Part shown: positions 1-7,926 of the stretch, in pieces | How the letters are laid out: every line of letters begins with the position of its first letter | How positions within the stretch are numbered: the first letter of the stretch is position 1 | NCBI GenBank assembly: GCA_017513365.1 | Contig: JAFXFY010000141.1 | Span: 1-27,876, forward strand | DNA: 27,876 nt | Direction of reading: 5' to 3' | DNA from: Alphaproteobacteria bacterium | GTDB lineage: Bacteria > Pseudomonadota > Alphaproteobacteria > CAAHEQ01 > UBA3637 | Notes under the pieces: model-generated | Database searches by the model: none | Seen by the model: only the letters and a program-made list of their open reading frames with translations | Told to the model about the DNA's origin: nothing | Position numbers and translations under genes: made by a program

Positions 1-145
1 TCGGTTGAACCGGTTGAGAAACAGCCGTGCTTGGAGCCGGTTGAGCTGTCGGTATCGGTTGTGGTTCGGCCTTTGGTGTTGTTTCCAAAGAAACACTACC
101 GGTTTGTTGATCATTTAAATTTTGAGGCTTTTTAGAAAAAAACAT
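1..145 (-). CDS. 5' part of a gene running off the window edge; Pro/Gln-rich N-terminus, possibly bactofilin-like
   Basis: ATG at 145-143 with AAGGA Shine-Dalgarno upstream; open to the edge: MFFSKKPQNLNDQQTGSVSLETTPKAEPQPIPTAQPAPSTAVSQPVQP. An MF(F)SK start plus Pro-rich tail recalls alphaproteobacterial bactofilins, but no core domain is visible. Confidence 0.6.
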   Translation of the reverse strand, partial: MFFSKKPQNLNDQQTGSVSLETTPKAEPQPIPTAQPAPSTAVSQPVQP

Positions 146-173
146 AGGTATCCTTTCTGCTAAATTTTTATTC

Positions 174-202
174 ATTGTGCCATATTTTAAAACGGATTGC
201 AA
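174..202 (-). promoter_or_regulatory. sigma70-type promoter for the leftward partial gene
   Basis: Minus strand TTGCAA (202-197) - 17 nt - CACAAT (179-174). Confidence 0.5.
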
Positions 203-206
203 GGAT

Positions 207-250
207 ATTTTATCACCCAAAAAAACGGTCGTTTTTGTGGGTGATAAAAT
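207..250. repeat. 44-bp near-perfect palindrome; left copy of an inverted repeat pair
   Basis: ATTTTATCACCCA-AAAAAACGGTCGTTTTTG-TGGGTGATAAAAT; the 13-bp outer arms are perfectly complementary. Confidence 0.9.
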
Positions 251-368
251 CCACTAAAAATCAAAAGGTTGTAAATTTTTAAACTTTTTCAGACAATTTC
301 TTGATTTATTATTAAAAAATTAACTTTTTTATGGCATTTTTTTATTATTAAAACACAAAAACATCGTC

Positions 369-401
369 TATCACAAAAACGACCGTTTTTTGGGTGATAA
401 A
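369..401. repeat. Right copy of the inverted repeat pair
   Basis: 372-401 CACAAAAACGACCGTTTTTTGGGTGATAAA is the reverse complement of 209-239 except for a T-run of 6 versus 7. Confidence 0.9.
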
Positions 402-423
402 TTAATAAAAAAAAGGAGAAAAT

Positions 424-1608
424 ATGCAATTAAAATTTGAAACTGGCCGTTCTATGGTTGAAATCATTGGTGTTTTAGCGGTTGCTGGCGTATTAAGCAT
501 TGGTGGTATTATGGGGTATTCCTATGGTATGAATAAATATCATGCCAATGAAGCCATTTATGATGTAAATATGCGTATGATTGATGTGGCCACTCATGTG
601 ATGCGAGGTGTACAAATTGACCAATTAGATTCGTCTTGGGGCGAGGCAAAAAGTGGATATGATATTGAATTATTCCACGATTCCGATTCCGAACCATCTA
701 TTATTGTTAAACAAGTACCGACAGGTGTTTGTAAAGAAATTTTAAAGTCTACACCGGATATACAAGATATTTTTGTTGGTTCCGAAAATGCAGACGGAAT
801 GGATGGCAGTTGGTATTTAGGCGACAATGAACACATTTGTGATGGCTCAGATAAAGATATGTTATTTGCTTTATCTCCGGAAATTTTAGCCGGATTTAAT
901 CCGGACGATGAAGCGTATGTTGAACCCGAAGGAACGGCAACAATACCTCCTCAATTAGAATGCTATTCTAATGCCGATTGCCGACCGGATAAACCGATTT
1001 GTGATAATGGTACGTGTGTAGAATGTACCAAAGACAGTCATTGTCCCAGTGACGAACCAAATTGTAATCCAAATACTAAATTGTGTACGGCTTGTTATGG
1101 TGAACCCAATGGGGCTCCTTGTGTGTTAGCCGGCAAAGATTACGAAGGTATGTGTTATGGAGATTCAAATTATGCATGTCTTAATTGGTGTGGTGAAACA
1201 CCATTGGTTGGCAGTTGTTCGTATATGAACAATTACTGTAAAAATCAAGGCGGTCGAGCCACAATTTATCAGTTAATGTTGATTTCGGATAATCCGCTCT
1301 ATTGTCAAACGCAAAAAGCGGCTGGGAATGAAGTTGTAGCTAAGTATGGTAGTAGTGTCGTATATACCTATACTGGAAAATGTCCGGATACCGAACGATA
1401 TAAAGGATTATGGAGTAAATTGAGAAATGGGTGTCCAGATAGAACCGGGAGATATATCAGTAATGTTGACAGGGTTGAAGTCAATAGAAGTGGATCATTA
1501 ACGGGATCTGAATGCGGTTCTGGAAACTGGTGGAGTTCTGGCGCTTGTTATGATGATGTTCAAGCCATCATTGATGCCTATGATGCAGCGAATCCAATAA
1601 CGGAGTAA
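424..1608 (+). CDS. Type IV prepilin-like protein with Cys-rich C-terminal repeats (putative minor pilin/adhesin)
   Basis: SD AAGGAG. N-terminus ETG|RSMVEIIGVLAVAGVLSIGG is a class III signal-like segment with E5 and a hydrophobic helix. Tandem C-x4-DC-x4-P-x-C repeats (ECYSNADCRPDKPIC; ECTKDSHCPSDEPNC). Confidence 0.8.
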   Translation: MQLKFETGRSMVEIIGVLAVAGVLSIGGIMGYSYGMNKYHANEAIYDVNMRMIDVATHVMRGVQIDQLDSSWGEAKSGYDIELFHDSDSEPSIIVKQVPTGVCKEILKSTPDIQDIFVGSENADGMDGSWYLGDNEHICDGSDKDMLFALSPEILAGFNPDDEAYVEPEGTATIPPQLECYSNADCRPDKPICDNGTCVECTKDSHCPSDEPNCNPNTKLCTACYGEPNGAPCVLAGKDYEGMCYGDSNYACLNWCGETPLVGSCSYMNNYCKNQGGRATIYQLMLISDNPLYCQTQKAAGNEVVAKYGSSVVYTYTGKCPDTERYKGLWSKLRNGCPDRTGRYISNVDRVEVNRSGSLTGSECGSGNWWSSGACYDDVQAIIDAYDAANPITE

Positions 1609-1623
1609 AGAGCCTTGACACAC

Positions 1624-1655
1624 AAAAACCCAGAGCTAAAAACTCTGGGTTTTTT
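1624..1655. terminator. Bidirectional intrinsic terminator
   Basis: AAAAACCCAGAG-ctaaaaa-CTCTGGGTTTTT between convergent genes. Confidence 0.85.
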
Positions 1656-1683
1656 CAGGAGGTTTCACTGAACAAAAAAAAGA

Positions 1684-2055
1684 TTAGTAGCCACAACGAC
1701 CTGTTGTTGCCCAATCTTCAACATCACCACCGTCTAACACAAAAACTGTTTGACAAGTGGCGGAACCGGTTGTAGAAACTGTCGTTTTGTTGCAAGCAGA
1801 AGTCGGGGCGACATAACCACAGTCAGACACTGTATAAATGCCATGTCCCATACCTAACCAACGAGTGGACACGTTTGTTTGAGACAAATCGTAAACCATA
1901 TATTTTTTGTCATGGGATTTATAAGCTCTGACTGGCAAACCCAAACGGGCGATAACTTCATCTTCACTACGTCCAATCCATGGATCCAAGTTTGTAGAAG
2001 TGGAACAAGCACCAAGCATAGCTAAAGCGGCAACTGTTAAAACGATTTTTTTCAT
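1684..2055 (-). CDS. Small lipoprotein, SmpA/OsmE-like motif
   Basis: True start is likely ATG 2055 (SD AAGGAG), not 2103. MKKIVLTVAALAMLGA-C lipobox; GRSEDEVIARLGLP resembles the SmpA/BamE/OsmE-type G-x-S-x-x-EV-x3-LG-x-P motif. Confidence 0.75.
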   Translation of the reverse strand: MKKIVLTVAALAMLGACSTSTNLDPWIGRSEDEVIARLGLPVRAYKSHDKKYMVYDLSQTNVSTRWLGMGHGIYTVSDCGYVAPTSACNKTTVSTTGSATCQTVFVLDGGDVEDWATTGRCGY

Positions 2056-2074
2056 AGTATCTCCTTTTATAAAA

Positions 2075-2090
2075 GTTAACAGATGGTTAA
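2075..2090 (-). promoter_or_regulatory. CtrA-type binding box
   Basis: Minus strand TTAA-CCATCTG-TTAAC matches the TTAA-N7-TTAAC consensus, 20 nt upstream of the lipoprotein ATG. The AT-rich background allows chance matches. Confidence 0.5.
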
Positions 2091-2167
2091 TTTGTATCAT
2101 CATTTTAACCGAAAGTCAATATTTTTTTTCAACTTTTTTATTTGTTGGACTGAAAAATGGTGAAAAA

Positions 2168-2190
2168 ATGTTGCAAAATATATGCAACAT
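2168..2190. promoter_or_regulatory. Inverted repeat, operator-like
   Basis: ATGTTGCA-aaatata-TGCAACAT, perfect 8-7-8 dyad between ccrM and the lipoprotein gene. Confidence 0.4.
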
Positions 2191-2213
2191 ATTGAAAAAA
2201 TACGATATTAATT

Positions 2214-3308
<1,095 letters not shown>

Positions 3309-3372
3309 TTAAAGTCACTTTAGCAAACAAATAGTCAAAATTAAGTTAACAAAATGATATTTTATGCACTTT

Positions 3373-3855
3373 TTAATCTATGATTTCATTTTTATACAGG
3401 CCATAAAACATATTTTTGGCCATCCACCCTTTGGCGGGTCCAAAATCTAACAGACAATAATCCGAACTTTTTGGACATTTTAAAATCCGACCGATTGTCC
3501 CTTTTTGAGCAATTGCCACGGTCTTACCATCTACCCGAGGTGCATTAGACAGAGGACCTTCCTCTAATACCAAAGCATGACGAACGCCGGAAATTTGAGT
3601 GCGATGAACCCAACCGGTTGTGCCGTCTATTTCACGAATTTGTCGCCACAATTCGTATTCATCAATGACTTCAACGGGGTATCCTTTTTCTTGATAAACC
3701 CACATAATCGGATATCGGTTGCCGGGGCCAGTGCGTAAATTGACTTGATTATGACGCAATGATACAAAACGAGGAACGGGAACACTTTCCACCGCCCATG
3801 CCGAAACGGCAAAATAAAATAATCCAAGTAAAGTACATACGATATACTTTATCAC
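3373..3855 (-). CDS. Secreted bacterial SH3-domain protein (SH3_4-type)
   Basis: Signal peptide; PVPRFVSL...VNLRTGPG.RYPI.WVY...WRQIRE.DG..GWVH. The GTG start overlaps the upstream stop (GTGA). Confidence 0.88.
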   Translation of the reverse strand: MIKYIVCTLLGLFYFAVSAWAVESVPVPRFVSLRHNQVNLRTGPGNRYPIMWVYQEKGYPVEVIDEYELWRQIREIDGTTGWVHRTQISGVRHALVLEEGPLSNAPRVDGKTVAIAQKGTIGRILKCPKSSDYCLLDFGPAKGWMAKNMFYGLYKNEIID

Positions 3856-4382
3856 TTGGCGGTCCTTTCTCGAATAGATACTTTGACCCGTTTTGGATTA
3901 TCTTGTTGAACGTTTGCTTGAGACTCTTCTTCAATGTGTTCTACATGCACTTCGGTTAAATTTTTTGGGCGTGTATTTAAATCGGTTTCAATTTCTTGCC
4001 ATGCTGTTTGAACAACCGGTACCAACAGCATTTGAGCAATTTGCATTCCACGGCGTAAAATGAAAGGTTCCCCGCTTTCGTTTCTAAGCAACACAAATAA
4101 AGGTTCTCTATCGGCCGGATGAATAATACTGGGCGCATCTACAACGATAATGCCGTTTTTTAAAGCCATATCCCGATTACTGACGATTTGTCCGCATAAT
4201 CCATCGGGTAGGGCAACGGCAAATCCGGTTGGAACACGAACTCGCTCACGTGGGCCGATTTTGACTGGCGCAGAAACAGCAGCCATTAGATTAAGACCAA
4301 CATGGTGTTTAGAAGTGTATGCCGGTAATGGAAAATCCATCCCGTCTGCCGTTCTGACAATATGAATTTTTGGTGTCATCAT
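3852..4382 (-). CDS. dUTPase-fold protein with degenerate catalytic motifs (probable pseudoenzyme)
   Basis: Recognisable trimeric dUTPase scaffold (LPAY, GPRERVRVPTGFAVALPDG, RGMQIAQMLLVPV), but motifs I, II and III are altered and motif V is absent. Start at 4382 or 4379. Confidence 0.8.
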   Translation of the reverse strand: MMTPKIHIVRTADGMDFPLPAYTSKHHVGLNLMAAVSAPVKIGPRERVRVPTGFAVALPDGLCGQIVSNRDMALKNGIIVVDAPSIIHPADREPLFVLLRNESGEPFILRRGMQIAQMLLVPVVQTAWQEIETDLNTRPKNLTEVHVEHIEEESQANVQQDNPKRVKVSIRERTAK

Positions 4383-4450
4383 GACTGATTTATGCCCTCT
4401 TTTACGTCATAGTGGCAAAAAATATGATAAAAGTCAAGGGGATTTTTTGT

Positions 4451-4479
4451 TTGACAATACCTCTTATTCATCTTATGTT
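4451..4479 (+). promoter_or_regulatory. sigma70-type promoter, probably giving a leaderless mRNA
   Basis: TTGACA-17-TATGTT; ATG lies 6 nt after the -10. Confidence 0.6.
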
Positions 4480-4485
4480 AGAAAT

Positions 4486-5043
4486 ATGAAAATAATATAT
4501 ACTTTGATGATAGGAATAGGTCTTATAATGCCGGCATTTTCCGGTTGTGCCGATACTCAGACATTTTTTTTAGCCCCTCAAAAACAAGCCATAGAAACAA
4601 AACAAAGTATTTCCTTTATGGGGGATACATATACGTTTGAGTATGGTGATGAAATTCAAAACGAATATTTTACAAATGGTGAAACGATAGATGGTTTCAG
4701 CTCGTTAATTGCCGTTCATATTTTTAAAAATCATACAGACCCATTGTTTGTTGCTCAAGGATTTTATGATAAATTGTTGGCAGATAATCAAGCTGCTCGT
4801 TTAGCTATTCACCGTTTTTCAAAAGAACCAACATTAATATTTATATTAACATCCGCCCAAGGATTTGAATTGAATTTGTGGCGTTTTTATCGCAATCCGA
4901 ACCGCGATGAAGTTATCGGTATGCAATATTTAAAAACATTTAAAACGCCACAGACCCAAGCCGAAAAAGACAGATTAAAAAGCCTCATTCAGATAATATC
5001 CGAACAATTCGCCATTTTACCTAAAATGCCCTTTATTCGTTAA
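4486..5043 (+). CDS. Hypothetical exported protein
   Basis: Start reassigned from 4381 to ATG 4486. MKIIYTLMIGIGLIMPAFSGCA is a signal-peptide-like (possibly lipoprotein) N-terminus; 4381-4485 contains promoter elements. Confidence 0.7.
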   Translation: MKIIYTLMIGIGLIMPAFSGCADTQTFFLAPQKQAIETKQSISFMGDTYTFEYGDEIQNEYFTNGETIDGFSSLIAVHIFKNHTDPLFVAQGFYDKLLADNQAARLAIHRFSKEPTLIFILTSAQGFELNLWRFYRNPNRDEVIGMQYLKTFKTPQTQAEKDRLKSLIQIISEQFAILPKMPFIR

Positions 5044-5126
5044 GATACAGGAAAAATGGCTTTTTTGTTTTATTAACCATTCGTTAGTAAAAAAGTTCTT
5101 GCAATTTACAAAAAAGTGTGTAAGAG

Positions 5127-5345
5127 TACTTTTTGAAAGTGGCAATGGTGCCATTTTCTGGGCGTCGAAACCCATTTAAAAAGCAGTCGTGTGCACACGA
5201 CTTAAAACAAAAAGCGCTGACTGAAGTCCTGCGGATAACGCATATGAAGGGGCGGATGTCGGTGAATAAGACCTCGGTGTCAAATAAGCCGAGCCATCTG
5301 CTTTTTATGGTTTTCGAACATCCGCCCACCAATGTGGGTTTTTTT
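5127..5345 (+). promoter_or_regulatory. Candidate structured 5' leader / attenuator upstream of the short pilin gene
   Basis: Hairpins at 5136-5157 and 5185-5202 (perfect 18-bp palindrome); helix 5250-5259/5318-5327; terminator CCCAC-caat-GTGGG-T7 at 5325-5345 overlapping that helix. Confidence 0.55.
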
Positions 5346-5381
5346 AATATGTTATAACAAATAAAGAAAGGATGTTTAAAC

Positions 5382-5780
5382 ATGAAAAAATTAGAATCTG
5401 GTCGTTCAATGGTTGAAATGTTGGGTGTATTGGCTATTATTGGCGTACTCTCCATCGGTGGTATCGCTGGGTACTCTATGGCCATGAACCGTTATCGTGC
5501 CAACGAAGTATTGAATGCCGCTCAAATGTTGTCTGTTGTAGCTCAATCTTCAGTGAATAAAACTGGTGATATGACTGAAACTTTGGAAAGCTTAGGTATT
5601 ACTGGTGCTGATGACAATACGATTCATAATTGTACATTGAGTGCCGATTATGGTTCTCCGGCAGTTGAAGTTACAGGTGACAATTGTGATTTAACAACAA
5701 TTGCCAATATCACAGGTAAAACGCATACGACACATATCATTAATGCGAATGGTCAATTAGGTGATCCCGCTGCAAACTAA
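5382..5780 (+). CDS. Short type IV prepilin-like protein (major-pilin-sized)
   Basis: MKKLESG|RSMVEMLGVLAIIGVLSIGGIAGY; 132 aa with a C-terminal Cys pair; SD AAGGA. Confidence 0.85.
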   Translation: MKKLESGRSMVEMLGVLAIIGVLSIGGIAGYSMAMNRYRANEVLNAAQMLSVVAQSSVNKTGDMTETLESLGITGADDNTIHNCTLSADYGSPAVEVTGDNCDLTTIANITGKTHTTHIINANGQLGDPAAN

Positions 5781-5789
5781 CCCCATAAC

Positions 5790-5930
5790 CTAAACCACAT
5801 TTTGCCTTTTTATCGGTTTTTGGCTGTGGTTTAGACGGAGCAACCCAAAAAACAAAAACCGATACCTCTTGTGCCAATGCTTAATTTTTTTTCTTGATTT
5901 AATTTTGTCGTAAGCGTTGGCACCTTTTTT
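5790..5930 (+). other. Structured 3' region: interleaved helices plus a long-loop terminator
   Basis: Helix A 5790-5799/5825-5834 (10 bp) and helix B 5811-5822/5853-5864 (12 bp) are interleaved; helix C 5871-5883/5911-5923 (13 bp, one GU) is followed by a T-run. Confidence 0.65.
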
Positions 5931-6074
5931 ATATCCAAAGAATAGTCAGCTAGTGTCATTAAAAATTAATAAAATAGAGTATAAAAAATTATTTTTCCTC
6001 TTGCATTTATTTTTGTGACGTGCTTAAATGACACCGCTAACGATATTTTTTAATACTTAATATGGAGAAAAGTT

Positions 6075-6944
6075 ATGAATTCTAAACCAGCTCATACACA
6101 TACAAAAGACGAAGCTTGCAAATGTGGTGAAAATTGCACTTGCTGTACGTCTTCTTGTTTTTCTAAATACTTAACACCGGCTGCTATCTTGGCAAGTGCT
6201 ATTTTGATTTCCGGTTCTATTTTATCCACGGTATCTAATAAACCATGTGATAAAATGGCTCATCAAATGAGAGGTCCGTCACAGGCTCAACAAGAAATAG
6301 TTATCAGAGACTACATTACAAAAAATCCGACTGTCATTATCAATGCATTGGATAAACATTATCAAGCTGAACAAGCTAAAGCTAAAAATGCTCAACCAGC
6401 TCCGCAAACTGAAGCTGATAAAGCTTTGGTTGATGAAATTTTAGCCGATAAAACGAACCATGTTTTGGGTAATCCGAACGGTAAATTTGTTATCATTGAG
6501 TTCTTTGACTATCAATGTGGTTGGTGTAAAAAAACAAACAAAGAAATTTCTGCCGTGTTAAAAGATGCTCCAAACATTCGTTGGGTATTAATGGATACGC
6601 CAATTTTTGGTGAAGCCAGTGAACAAATCGCTCGTTTTGCTATGGCTGCCGGTAAACAAGGTAAATTTAAAGAATACCATGAAGCTATCGGTAATGCAAA
6701 AGGCAAATTGGACAAAGACGCTTTGATTAAATTGGGTAAAGATTTGAAACTCAACACAAAACGTTTGGCTGCTGATGCCGAAAGTCAACAAGTAAAAGAT
6801 AAATTGGCTAACAATCAAAAATATGCTCGTCAATTGAACATCAATGGTGTTCCAATGTTGATTGTTGATGGTAAAATCAATCCGGGTGCTTTAATCGGTG
6901 ATAGATTAGCTGCCGCTGTAGAAGCTTCCAAAGCCAAAAAATAA
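6075..6944 (+). CDS. Membrane-anchored DsbA-family (ScsC/Com1-like) thioredoxin-fold protein
   Basis: EFFDYQCGWCK (CxxC) and GVP cis-Pro loop; N-terminal TM segment preceded by a Cys cluster. Confidence 0.9.
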   Translation: MNSKPAHTHTKDEACKCGENCTCCTSSCFSKYLTPAAILASAILISGSILSTVSNKPCDKMAHQMRGPSQAQQEIVIRDYITKNPTVIINALDKHYQAEQAKAKNAQPAPQTEADKALVDEILADKTNHVLGNPNGKFVIIEFFDYQCGWCKKTNKEISAVLKDAPNIRWVLMDTPIFGEASEQIARFAMAAGKQGKFKEYHEAIGNAKGKLDKDALIKLGKDLKLNTKRLAADAESQQVKDKLANNQKYARQLNINGVPMLIVDGKINPGALIGDRLAAAVEASKAKK

Positions 6945-6970
6945 TCCTTTAAACGGATAAAAAAATTAAG

Positions 6971-6997
6971 ACAGAGAGGTATTTCCTCTCTGTTTTT
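6971..6997 (+). terminator. Intrinsic terminator
   Basis: ACAGAGAGG-tattt-CCTCTCTGT-TTTT. Confidence 0.85.
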
Positions 6998-7002
6998 ATA
7001 TA

Positions 7003-7031
7003 TTGCATTTTGATTGGAAAGGCCGTACAAT
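7003..7031 (+). promoter_or_regulatory. sigma70-type promoter
   Basis: TTGCAT-17-TACAAT; ATG 9 nt downstream, no SD. Confidence 0.65.
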
Positions 7032-7040
7032 ACATTCGTT

Positions 7041-7871
7041 ATGAAAAAAACGGTTGTCATTTTATGTGGTTTAATGTTGGCTGCTTGTAATTCTTACAAA
7101 GTACCGATGGTTCCGACGTATCAACAAATTCCGGTTATACAAGTCAAAAAAGATGATACACTATATTCTTTAGCCCGTCGGTATGATACAACCGTACAAG
7201 AATTGGCCGAAAAAAATAATATTGACGATCCAACTGCTTTGAAAATTGGGCAAGATTTACGATTGCCCAAAGCGGTGCGAGTGGCCTCGTATGAATTAGA
7301 AAAACGACAAACGATTCAAAGTGAGGTAAAAAAGATATCTTCAAAAACGAAAACGGCAAATAAAAAAACGAAATTAACCACGTCTTCCAAACAATCACTA
7401 CAAAAAAATGCACAAGCATCTGTAAAAACGAAAAAAACATACCCTAAGCCAACGCAAAAAATGAAAAAATTGGATAAGCCTTTTGTGGCTACCGGAAAAG
7501 TCAATTTTGCTTGGCCGGTAAAGGGCAAGGTGATTTCTTCGTTCGGTTCTAAAGGTGGTGGCGTTAAAAATGACGGTATTAATATCGCAGCCAAAAAAGG
7601 AACGCCGATTAAATCTGCCGAAGCCGGTATTGTGGTTTATGCCGGTAATGAATTAAAGGGATATGGCAATTTATTGCTTATCCGTCATGAAAAAAACTTT
7701 ATGAGCGCTTATGCTCATGCGGATAAGTTGTTGGTAAAAACTGGTGATGTTGTGGCCAAAGGAGATAAAATTGCCACAGTTGGAACGACGGGAAATGTAA
7801 AACAACCTCAATTACATTTTGAAATTCGTAAAAAAACAAAATCCGTAGATCCAAAAAAATATTTACAATGA
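7041..7871 (+). CDS. nlpD: LysM + degenerate M23 (LytM) lipoprotein, NlpD-like
   Basis: Start reassigned to ATG 7041. Lipobox LAA-C; LysM (VKKDDTLYSLARRY...LKIGQDL); M23 with NDGINI (HxxxD lost), YAH and LHFEIR. Confidence 0.8.
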   Translation: MKKTVVILCGLMLAACNSYKVPMVPTYQQIPVIQVKKDDTLYSLARRYDTTVQELAEKNNIDDPTALKIGQDLRLPKAVRVASYELEKRQTIQSEVKKISSKTKTANKKTKLTTSSKQSLQKNAQASVKTKKTYPKPTQKMKKLDKPFVATGKVNFAWPVKGKVISSFGSKGGGVKNDGINIAAKKGTPIKSAEAGIVVYAGNELKGYGNLLLIRHEKNFMSAYAHADKLLVKTGDVVAKGDKIATVGTTGNVKQPQLHFEIRKKTKSVDPKKYLQ

Positions 7872-7926
7872 CATTATCGTGTGATACAATGCCCATATAA
7901 TTATGAATTAACCTGAAGGGGGTCAA

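Noticed and set aside
445-465. Shared GGYCGTTCWATGGTTGAAAT core in all three pilin genes as a shufflon recombination site
   Set aside because: Explained by conservation of GRSMVE plus AT-biased codon use; the genes are not clustered and no recombinase is present.
424-1608. GANTC (CcrM site) enrichment as a sign of foreign origin
   Set aside because: I counted 5 sites in 1185 bp, near random expectation, and have no genome-wide baseline, so this is uninformative.
3345-3360. CtrA box upstream of ccrM
   Set aside because: TTAA-N7-TTGA has a mismatch in very AT-rich DNA. It is biologically plausible but too weak to call. The nearby dyad is not a GANTC pair.
5250-5331. Canonical tRNA or tRNA-Sec call
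   Set aside because: The anticodon loop is 11 nt, the T-arm is malformed and the D-arm spacing is wrong; kept only as a tRNA-like structure finding.
5127-5345. Known riboswitch or tmRNA matches (GGCAATGGTG fluoride-like, GCGGATAAC preQ1-II-like, GGTTTCGACG tmRNA-like on the minus strand)
   Set aside because: Only short word matches; the remaining conserved elements of each family are absent.
5773-5925. Integron attC site after the short pilin
   Set aside because: The ends do not fit RYYYAAC/GTTRRRY and no integrase is present.
5953-6034. 8-bp inverted repeat GTGTCATT/AATGACAC around the dsbA promoter
   Set aside because: Short enough to arise by chance, with no supporting evidence.
7540-7871. 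Loss of Zn ligands in the M23 domain
   Set aside because: Degenerate LytM domains are the established state of NlpD/EnvC/DipM-type amidase activators, so this is not novel.
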